Assembly (NCBI GenBank): GCA_963702205.1 | Contig: OY969724.1 | Location: 864,001-928,000, forward strand | Direction: 5' to 3' | Origin: an uncultured candidate division Zixibacteria bacterium | GTDB taxonomy: Bacteria; Zixibacteria; MSB-5A5; GN15; PGXB01 | Length of the DNA: 64,000 nucleotides | The notes under the pieces: model-generated | Seen by the model: only the letters and a program-made list of their open reading frames with translations | Told to the model about the DNA's origin: nothing | The model's database searches: none | Shown: positions 29,020-37,125 of the stretch, piece after piece | Layout of the letters: the number at the start of each line of letters is the position of its first letter | Numbering within the stretch: the stretch's first letter is position 1 | Made by a program: the position numbers and the translations under genes

Positions 29020-29728
29020 AATCTTCGACCAGCATATTGGCGCGCGGGACTTTGCCGTCGAGATGCTGTACCATCGGCCAGACCATGCGCGACGGCCCGA
29101 CGATATAATATTTCGCCTCGGCCGGATTAGACACATAGCGGCCGATCATATCGAAATTTATATAGCCCTTCTCGTACTTCCAGCCGTTTCCATTCTGTAT
29201 CGGTGAGGTCAAAGTCGGGATACATTTAAAACTGGCCAGCTTGTCCTGCATTGCCAGCAAGTCTTTTAAATAAGCGGCGTCTTCCATCTGACGGTTGGAA
29301 TAGAATAAGTACAGGGGACGATCGGATTGTTGAAAGACGGCATCGGCCAGAATGCTGAAGCAGGGCGTAATGCCAATGCCGCCAATAATAAAAACCGCCG
29401 GAATGGACTTATCCTTATGAAGCTTGAACGAGCCATAGGGGCCGTAAATTTCAAGCAGTTCTCCCTCGGGAAGATGCTTGAGAGCGTTTTTGTACTGATT
29501 ATCGCGCATACGGGCGACTATCAACAAATGTTCTTCGTGCGGGGCGCTGGCGATCGAAAACGCCCGGGCGCTATCGTTGGGGTCGGCGATTTCGTGGTCG
29601 ATCAGGCCAACGTCGATATTCTGTCCCGGCAGGAACTCGAACCCCTGCGGTCTTTCAAGATAAAAGGCCAGTGTGCGTGCCGCGACGGGCTGCTTTTTTA
29701 ATAATTTTACTTTATATGATGAATCCAC
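29006..29728 (-). CDS. FAD/NAD(P)-binding oxidoreductase (ferredoxin reductase-like)
   Basis: FLPGQ, RAFSIAS, GPYG, GGIGITP, YSNR; probable GTG start at 29728. Confidence 0.85.
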   Translation of the reverse strand: MDSSYKVKLLKKQPVAARTLAFYLERPQGFEFLPGQNIDVGLIDHEIADPNDSARAFSIASAPHEEHLLIVARMRDNQYKNALKHLPEGELLEIYGPYGSFKLHKDKSIPAVFIIGGIGITPCFSILADAVFQQSDRPLYLFYSNRQMEDAAYLKDLLAMQDKLASFKCIPTLTSPIQNGNGWKYEKGYINFDMIGRYVSNPAEAKYYIVGPSRMVWPMVQHLDGKVPRANMLVEDFTGF

Positions 29729-29735
29729 CGCCCGC

Positions 29736-30677
29736 TTACCCTTTCCGTCCACCGACCAGCTTTTGTGACTGGCTGAAGGCTTTGTATGATGAACGCACCA
29801 GCGGTCCGGCTTCGACGTGCGCGAATCCGATTTTGTAACCGATCTCCGCGATTTCTTTGAATTCATCGGGGTGATAAAAGCGAACTTCGGTCATATGATT
29901 GGCGGTCGGGCGCAGGTACTGACCGACGGTGACGATCTGCGTCCCGGTCTCATAAATCTGATGAAACAGCTCGGTGATTTCTTCCATCGTCTCGCCCAAT
30001 CCGACCATGAAGCCGGTCTTGACCACCGGGCGCGGACGGTATCGGTCGGCCCGGTTCAAAATATCCAGCGAGCGTTTGAGTTCGGCTCCCGGCCGAACTC
30101 TACGATACAATCGCCGCACGGTCTCGACGTTGTGCGCGAAGACGTCGGGACGGGCGTCGAGAATGACATCGACCGCTTCGAGATTGCCCAGGAGGTCGGG
30201 GATAAGCACTTCCACCTGGATGTTTCCGTCGTGGATGCGCAGCTGCCGGATGGTTTCGGCGAAAATCGCGGCGCCGCCGTCGGGCAGGTCGTCGCGCGTC
30301 ACCGATGTAATCACTACCTGTTTCAAGCCCAGCTCACCGACCACTTTGGCCATGCGTTTGGGCTCGTCGGTGTCCAGCCCGAGCGGCACTGCCGTCTTGA
30401 CGTTGCAAAAGCGGCAGCCCCGGGTACAGTTGCTGCCGAGAATCATGAAGGTGGCCGTCCCCTCGCCGAAACATTCCCGGATATTGGGGCAGGCCGCTTC
30501 CTGGCAGACGCTGTGAAGCTGGTTCCGGGCCAGGATGTTTTTGATGCGGGCGTATTCGGGGCCGAATTTGGCCGAGACTTTTATCCACGACGGCAGCCTC
30601 CGCACCGGTGACGGCCGGGTTTTGAGCCGGTCGCGAATGTTCTTTATCTGCTCTATATCTTTCAAAGTAGCGGGCAT
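29736..30677 (-). CDS. lipA: Lipoyl synthase
   Basis: VCQEAACPNIREC, CTRGCRFC, TSVTRDDL, GQYLRP, PLVRSSY; start moved to 30677. Confidence 0.95.
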   Translation of the reverse strand: MPATLKDIEQIKNIRDRLKTRPSPVRRLPSWIKVSAKFGPEYARIKNILARNQLHSVCQEAACPNIRECFGEGTATFMILGSNCTRGCRFCNVKTAVPLGLDTDEPKRMAKVVGELGLKQVVITSVTRDDLPDGGAAIFAETIRQLRIHDGNIQVEVLIPDLLGNLEAVDVILDARPDVFAHNVETVRRLYRRVRPGAELKRSLDILNRADRYRPRPVVKTGFMVGLGETMEEITELFHQIYETGTQIVTVGQYLRPTANHMTEVRFYHPDEFKEIAEIGYKIGFAHVEAGPLVRSSYKAFSQSQKLVGGRKG

Positions 30678-30825
30678 ATTTGTCCGGTCCTTTTGGTTTT
30701 TAGGAGAATTACGGCAAAAAGACATCAAACGCGGGATTTTCCGTAAAATCCGCACAATATATCTTGACATCGGGCCCGATAATGGACTAATTAGGCCGAC
30801 AATATTTATTATAAAGGAGAATATT

Positions 30826-31131
30826 ATGGTAATTATAATGAATCGCATGACCGTCCCCGATGAATATCGCGAAAGATTCGAGGAAGTTTTCGCTTCCCGA
30901 GCCGGGGCGGTCGACACCCGTCCCGGCTTTATCCGCGCCGAAATCCTCCGCCCGCATCGCGGCAACGAATATATCGTCATGACCCAGTGGGAGAGCGAAG
31001 ACGATTTCGAGGGCTGGGTCGGCAGCCCGGAATATATTGAGGGGCACAAACGAGTCGGTGAATTTTCCGATGACACCGGCAAAAGTTTGTTATCCTCGAA
31101 GATAGACAAGTACGATGTCTTCACCGTCTGA
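30826..31131 (+). CDS. Antibiotic biosynthesis monooxygenase / IsdG-HmoA-like protein
   Basis: AAGGAG RBS; MNRMTV...RFEEVF..R...PGF...WES..DF..W...H. Confidence 0.8.
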   Translation: MVIIMNRMTVPDEYRERFEEVFASRAGAVDTRPGFIRAEILRPHRGNEYIVMTQWESEDDFEGWVGSPEYIEGHKRVGEFSDDTGKSLLSSKIDKYDVFTV

Positions 31132-31399
31132 TGAAGCCTGCACCGTGGCGGTCAAAGACAAACCCGGAATATTGAAACGCCTGCGGTCGCTGATGGTGCA
31201 GTTCAAGCGCGACCTGCGCGAGCCGCTGCCGGGACTGGCCGATAAATCCCTGTCGGTTCGTGTCGCCGGGCGGTTTCGGCATCTCTTGAAAAGATACGGC
31301 CTCAAGCTGGTCGCAGCCATTATCCTGTTTTACCTCGTGCGCGACACCCTGCTTTATATTGTGATACCGTATCTGATCGCCCGTCAGTTTTTCGGTTGA
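31115..31399 (+). CDS. Small membrane protein
   Basis: LKRYGLKLVAAIILFYLVRDTLLYIVIPYL hydrophobic C-terminus. Confidence 0.6.
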   Translation: MSSPSDEACTVAVKDKPGILKRLRSLMVQFKRDLREPLPGLADKSLSVRVAGRFRHLLKRYGLKLVAAIILFYLVRDTLLYIVIPYLIARQFFG

Positions 31400-31541
31400 T
31401 TGCATACGATCTCAGCGGCTCCCCCGGGATATCGTATCCCCCCACATTATACATTCGAACCACGTCGATTTTAAGGCCTTGCCATTTTTGAAAAAATGGC
31501 CTAAATATCCGATAGGCAATAATTGACGGGGTTACACGATA

Positions 31542-33227
31542 TTGGTCGGATCCAAAACGAAATTCATTTGTACCCTTCTTATTATATTGACGGCGCTTAC
31601 GCTGTCGGGGTGCCGGGATATTCGCGGCCGCCTGGAGGATTATCTCGACGCCGCGCACAGGTTGTGGGGTTTTGATGGTACGGTCCTGATCGCTTATAGA
31701 GATCATGTCATCCTTGCCCGCGGCTATGGTATGGCCAACCAGCAGTTTCAAATTCATAACACGGTCGATACTAAATTTTTCATCGGGTCGATCACCAAGC
31801 AGTTTACCGCCGCCGCCATTTTGATTTTGAAGCAGCGCGGTCTTATTGATCTCGACAAACCTATTTCAACCTATTTGCCCGATTATCCCCGCCCGGCCGG
31901 TGACAAGATTACTATCCGTCAGCTTTTGACGCACACGTCGGGCGTCCCCAATTACACCGACTGGCCCGGGGTTTTTCTAAGGCGAACCAGTCCGATATCC
32001 CCGACCGAGCTGATGGACCTTTTCAAAGACAAGCCGCTGGAATTCGAGCCGGGCACACAGTTTCATTATTCCAATTCCGGGTATATTATTCTCGGGGCGA
32101 TTATCGAGAAAGTATCGGGGCAATCGTACGAGGCCTTTCTTCACCACGAGATTTTAAAGCCGCTGGGCATGAATAGCTCCGGGTATGGACGGCGCGAGGC
32201 GGCCCATCCCGGCCGCGCCGAGGGTTATACCGAAGAAAGCGGCATTTTGGTCGATGCCACGCCGATAGATTTTTCGGTTCTGCACACCGCCGGCGCTTTG
32301 TATTCGACTGTGGGCGATATGAACCTGTGGAACCGGGCGCTGTATACCGACAAGATTTTAACACGGGAGTCAATCCGGGAGATGTTCACACCCGGCCCGA
32401 ACGGCTATGGATTCGGATGGTTTATAGATAACAACTGGGGCAAATGGCACGGGTTTCACGGCGGATTTCTGGACGGCTTCTATACTTTTGTGGATCGGTG
32501 GTTCAAAGATCAGGTTTTCATAGTCGTCTTTTCCAACGAAGATGAAGCTCCGGTCAGGAAAATCGCTCGCGGGTTGGCGGCTATTATATTCGGGGAAGAA
32601 TACGATTTTCCCATCAGCAAGACCCCGGCCAATCTGACCGGTTTCGATCCCAAAGAATACGAGGGCACGTTCGAGATGAGCCCCGACGTGTATCGTTTCG
32701 TCTATAACATAGGCGACAGCGTTTATACCAATATTCAATTTTATCAGCGCTACCTCATATATCCGCAGGCCATCGACACGTTTTATTTCGCCCTGGACAA
32801 TACCCACATGCTTATCTTTTCCCGCGACAGCCTGGGGCATATCGACGGTTGTATGGAACGCGATGATGACCGCCTTGTCGTGGCACGAAAGCTGTTCGGA
32901 GAGAAAGCCCGGCTGTTCGATCTCGACCGCAAAGCGATATCGCTCGATTCGGCCAAATATAATGAATATCAGGGGACATATAAGATTTCTTCTGAAACCG
33001 GTGAGCCTAAACTGGATATGATTATCAAAGTCCGTCACAAGGGTACCCGGCTGGTGGCCTCGTTCGGCGATTTTCGGGACGTGGTGCTTTTCCCGGCCGC
33101 CATCGACCGGTTTTTCCACGAGAAGTCGACTTTCGAGCTTGATTTTATTCGCGACGAAAACGGCGCCGTGGATGGTTGTATCATAAAAATGGGCGGTTAT
33201 ATTCTTCCCGGCACCCGAATCGAATAA
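31542..33227 (+). CDS. Serine hydrolase (beta-lactamase class C/AmpC-like) lipoprotein with C-terminal DUF3471-like domains
   Basis: LSGC lipobox; GSITKQF (SxxK), LLTHTSG, YSNSGY, HGG. Confidence 0.85.
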   Translation: MVGSKTKFICTLLIILTALTLSGCRDIRGRLEDYLDAAHRLWGFDGTVLIAYRDHVILARGYGMANQQFQIHNTVDTKFFIGSITKQFTAAAILILKQRGLIDLDKPISTYLPDYPRPAGDKITIRQLLTHTSGVPNYTDWPGVFLRRTSPISPTELMDLFKDKPLEFEPGTQFHYSNSGYIILGAIIEKVSGQSYEAFLHHEILKPLGMNSSGYGRREAAHPGRAEGYTEESGILVDATPIDFSVLHTAGALYSTVGDMNLWNRALYTDKILTRESIREMFTPGPNGYGFGWFIDNNWGKWHGFHGGFLDGFYTFVDRWFKDQVFIVVFSNEDEAPVRKIARGLAAIIFGEEYDFPISKTPANLTGFDPKEYEGTFEMSPDVYRFVYNIGDSVYTNIQFYQRYLIYPQAIDTFYFALDNTHMLIFSRDSLGHIDGCMERDDDRLVVARKLFGEKARLFDLDRKAISLDSAKYNEYQGTYKISSETGEPKLDMIIKVRHKGTRLVASFGDFRDVVLFPAAIDRFFHEKSTFELDFIRDENGAVDGCIIKMGGYILPGTRIE

Positions 33228-33245
33228 GCCTTTTATACCAAGGGA

Positions 33246-33278
33246 AACGGGCCGGTCCGATAATCAGTCCGACCCGTT
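33246..33278. terminator. Hairpin between convergent genes
   Basis: AACGGG.CGG/CCG.CCCGTT imperfect stem. Confidence 0.4.
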
Positions 33279-33320
33279 CCAATCGAGTCTATTATTTCAA
33301 ATAAGTCAAATAACCGCCGG

Positions 33321-36300
33321 TTACGGACAAATCGGAGCCGGACCCGGAGGAGTATCATACTTATATGCAATCAAGTACAGAATGTCCAGAAGGTTGACGC
33401 TGCCGTCGCCGTTGGCGTCACCGGCTTCAATCGGGGTCGGGGCCGGACCCGTAGGAGTATCATACTTATAAGCAATCAAGAATAGTATATCCAACAGGTT
33501 AACATTGCCGTCGCCATTGGCATCACCGCAGACATAATTGCTAATGGGATTGGTACCAAGAATATCATAGCATTCGGAAGCTACGGTCCAACCCCAGATC
33601 CACGATTCAGTCAAAGGAACGTTGGGATCAAAAGCACCTACATAAGTGGTCGCCACATAGGCACCATTCGGCTGCGCGTAGGCCGGAACTGCCGCCGCAT
33701 TGCCGATGAGAGGACTGCCAACAGCCGGAACGGGGTTAATGACACCGGCGCGGACCGGAGGATTAGCCGTCGTATAGCTGGAAATCTCCGGATTCATAAT
33801 GTGGTTCTTGCCGGTGATTGTGGTATCCACACCGGGGAAGAGATCACTTTGCACACGAGCCGTGGCCAGGGGAGCCGAAGCACCTCCGGTCGCGATGAAA
33901 TGACTGTACTGGCTGCCGGTTCCGCTCGGAAGATTGTACGACTGCCACCAGAAGTTGCCGACCAGGTCCAGGAGAGGATGACCGGCCGCGATCGAGGCCG
34001 CACCGGAAGGCAGGTTGCGGGTCGAACTGGGCTCGACGTCGATGTTGCCGTCACCGCCCGGACAATCGATTTCCAGAGCCGTTTTCGGCTGTTCCATGAA
34101 AACGTTGTTATACCAGTAAGCGCGGTAGTTCTCGCGCATGAGGGTACGGTTACCTTCGGTGCCGTCGAAGTCATGACCCTGTGCAATACAGGTCAGGTTG
34201 GCACTGAGGGCATAACTCGGATAGTCACAGCCCCAGCCGGAAGGAACTTCCGTGGAGGCCATGCTGGTAGAATCGGTCCAGGCGGCCTGCTGACGGCCGT
34301 CGTTTTCAGTTATACGATCGCCCCAGCGGGGATCTTTCAACATGAAGCCGAACTGCTTTATACCGGACCAGCATTCATCGGTATCCCAACCGTCATCATC
34401 GCCATAGATAATGGCGGTGTAAAGCAGATTGACGTTACCGCCAAAGCATTCGAAATCATCATCGGAGGCATAATAGGTTTCAATATGGTCGATGGTCGTG
34501 CCGTCGCCGACGGCACCGAGACTCACGGCGTTGATTTCCACGTTCGGGGCCAGGATGGAACCGGCATAACGTAGGGAGACATACTGCAGGATACCGGAGT
34601 TGTCGTTACAATCCGGTTCGAGGCCGCCGCCATAACTATTAAGGCGAGGATGTCCGGAGACAGCCGGGACGCCTTCGATTTCAGATTCGCCACCGGCGGA
34701 ACAGGTGAAAGATCTACCTTCAATTACCAGACCGCCCCAAAGACCTTTACTGGAAGCGATATCCGGAATGTCATTCGGATCATCCACGTCGTCCAACCAC
34801 GTCGTCATGATAATCGGATCGTCTTTCGTGCCCGGAGCAATGATTCGTGCGCCAGGGCTAATTATAAGGGATGTGGCATTCTCGGCCTGACCCGGATCGC
34901 CTTTGATAACCGTGCCCGGTTCAACGTAGAGGGTGTAACCGCTATCGATGAACACGAATCCTTCCAGGTGCCAGATAGTATCGGCAGACAGAACAATGTC
35001 TTCGTCAATAATCGTCTGACTGGGAGCCGGAGTACCGAGTTCCTTAACCGGTTTTCCTTCATGTGAACCGCATACGTCCGGAGGGAGATGCGGGATTATT
35101 TTATAATCATATGCGGTACACCAGGGCTGCTGGCACCACATCGGCTCATCGGGAGCAAAGGCGCCGGCGTAAGTGGTCGCCACATAGGCACCATTCGGCT
35201 GCGCGTAGGCCGGAACTGCCGTCGCATTGCCGATGAGAGGGCTGCCAGAGGCCGGTCTGGGGTCGATTGCCTCATGCCGGGTCGGAGGATTGACCGTCTC
35301 GTAGTCGGTAAGTTCCGGATCCATAATATGGTTCTTGCCGGTGATAGTGGTATCCACACCGGGGAAGAGATCACCTTGCACACGAGCCGTGGCCAGGGGA
35401 GCCGAAGCACCTCCGGTCGCGATGAAATGACTGTACTGGCTGCCGGTTCCGCTCGGAAGATTGTACGACTGCCACCAGAAGTTGCCGACCAGGTCCAGGA
35501 GAGGATGACCGGCCGCGATCGAGGCCGCACCGGAAGGCAGGTTGCGGGTCGAACTGGGCTCGACGTCGATGTTGCCGTCACCGCCCGGACAATCGATTTC
35601 CAGAGCCGTTTTCGGCTGTTCCATGAAAACGTTGTTATACCAGTAAGCGCGGTAGTTCTCGCGCATGAGGGTACGGTTACCTTCGGTGCCGTCGAAGTCA
35701 TGACCCTGTGCAATACAGGTCAGGTTGGCACTGAGGGCATAACTCGGATAGTCACAGCCCCAGCCGGAAGGAACTTCCGTGGAGGCCATGCTGGTAGAAT
35801 CGGTCCAGGCGGCCTGCTGACGGCCGTCGTTTTCAGTTATACGATCGCCCCAGCGGGGATCTTTCAACATGAAGCCGAACTGCTTTATACCGGACCAGCA
35901 TTCATCGGTATCCCAACCGTCATCATCGCCATAGATAATGGCGGTGTAAAGCAGATTAACGTTACCGCCAAAACATTCGAAATCATCATCCGATGCATAA
36001 TAAGTGTCGACGTGGTCGATGGTCGTGCCGTCGCCGACGGCACCCAGACTCACGGCGTTGATTTCCACGTTCGGGGCCAGGATGGAACCGGCATAACGTA
36101 GGGAGACATACTGCAGGATACCGGAGTTGTCGTTGCAATCCGGTTCAAGGCCGCCGCCATAACTATTGAGGCGAGGATGTCCGGAGACAGCCGGGACGCC
36201 TTCGATTTCAGCTTCGCCCCCGGCGGAACAGGTGAAAGATCTACCTTCAATTACCAGACCGCCCCAAAGACCTTTACTGGAAGCGATATCCGGAATGTCG

Positions 36301-36668
36301 CTGGTATCGCCCACATTATCGAGATAGGTCGTGAAAACGATTGGCAATCTGGGGGTTCCCTGGGCGATAATTTGCGCGCCCGGGCTGATGATAAGGGAAG
36401 TGGCGTTATCAGCCTGACCCGGATCACCTTTTACAATTGTGCCGGGTTGAATTAAAAGGGTCGTGCCGCTGTCAACAAACACGAATCCCTGAAGATGAAT
36501 GACCGTGCCGCTGTACCACGTTACGGTATCTCCGGTGTTAATAATGGTCTGACTGGGAGCCGGGGAACCTACGTCAACGACTGGCCAGCCGGTTTCGTCA
36601 TACTGGGCCAAAGCAAAGACCGGCAGCATAAGAAACACTGCAATAAGCAATAATCTTAGACTTCGCAT
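33321..36668 (-). CDS. Secreted protein with two tandem ~510-aa beta-helix-like modules and C-terminal dockerin-like domain
   Basis: AGGAG RBS, signal peptide; twice GLWGGLVI..NDNSGILQYVSLRYAG..DDDFECFGG..DDDGWDTD; CGDANGDGNVNLLDI. Confidence 0.85.
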   Translation of the reverse strand: MRSLRLLLIAVFLMLPVFALAQYDETGWPVVDVGSPAPSQTIINTGDTVTWYSGTVIHLQGFVFVDSGTTLLIQPGTIVKGDPGQADNATSLIISPGAQIIAQGTPRLPIVFTTYLDNVGDTSDIPDIASSKGLWGGLVIEGRSFTCSAGGEAEIEGVPAVSGHPRLNSYGGGLEPDCNDNSGILQYVSLRYAGSILAPNVEINAVSLGAVGDGTTIDHVDTYYASDDDFECFGGNVNLLYTAIIYGDDDGWDTDECWSGIKQFGFMLKDPRWGDRITENDGRQQAAWTDSTSMASTEVPSGWGCDYPSYALSANLTCIAQGHDFDGTEGNRTLMRENYRAYWYNNVFMEQPKTALEIDCPGGDGNIDVEPSSTRNLPSGAASIAAGHPLLDLVGNFWWQSYNLPSGTGSQYSHFIATGGASAPLATARVQGDLFPGVDTTITGKNHIMDPELTDYETVNPPTRHEAIDPRPASGSPLIGNATAVPAYAQPNGAYVATTYAGAFAPDEPMWCQQPWCTAYDYKIIPHLPPDVCGSHEGKPVKELGTPAPSQTIIDEDIVLSADTIWHLEGFVFIDSGYTLYVEPGTVIKGDPGQAENATSLIISPGARIIAPGTKDDPIIMTTWLDDVDDPNDIPDIASSKGLWGGLVIEGRSFTCSAGGESEIEGVPAVSGHPRLNSYGGGLEPDCNDNSGILQYVSLRYAGSILAPNVEINAVSLGAVGDGTTIDHIETYYASDDDFECFGGNVNLLYTAIIYGDDDGWDTDECWSGIKQFGFMLKDPRWGDRITENDGRQQAAWTDSTSMASTEVPSGWGCDYPSYALSANLTCIAQGHDFDGTEGNRTLMRENYRAYWYNNVFMEQPKTALEIDCPGGDGNIDVEPSSTRNLPSGAASIAAGHPLLDLVGNFWWQSYNLPSGTGSQYSHFIATGGASAPLATARVQSDLFPGVDTTITGKNHIMNPEISSYTTANPPVRAGVINPVPAVGSPLIGNAAAVPAYAQPNGAYVATTYVGAFDPNVPLTESWIWGWTVASECYDILGTNPISNYVCGDANGDGNVNLLDILFLIAYKYDTPTGPAPTPIEAGDANGDGSVNLLDILYLIAYKYDTPPGPAPICP
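33625..36580. repeat. Intragenic tandem duplication, unit about 1527-1533 bp
   Basis: 33849..34430 reads identical to 35376..35957; flanks diverge. Confidence 0.9.
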
Positions 36669-37125
36669 TGACAATTCTCCTATTAGTTCTAAATTCGATT
36701 TTCGCTTTTTACTGCAATTAGTTTTGCACTCTTTCAAGGCAGGTCCGGCTGAATTGAGCCGATTTGCGCAGAGTCGTTTCATATAATCGGCTCTGGTTTA
36801 TTGGTCCTCCCTGGAATTTGCGCTGCTTTCCAACCTTACTGAACCTTATTTAAAGGGACATTATTCGACCTATCACCTCCATCCTGTTGTTTATCCGATG
36901 CTCTTGATATTTCATGTCTTTTCTATCAAATTTGTGGCTCTCCTTCGAAGACGAACGAGTAGTATTACACACGCTCAAACGGTTCCATAAAAAAACCAGC
37001 GCATAATAGATTTTGACTATTATGCGCCGATAAGACTTTTGTTCAGTTTTCGTTAATTAAGCCACAAATCCCGGATAAATTGTCAGGACATCAGGCTTTA
37101 ATGCTTTTAATTCGCCTTGCTCCTC

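Noticed and set aside
30678..31124. N-terminal extension of LipA in the ORF track
   Set aside because: Overlaps the divergent monooxygenase gene, which has a good RBS; LipA motifs begin after 30677
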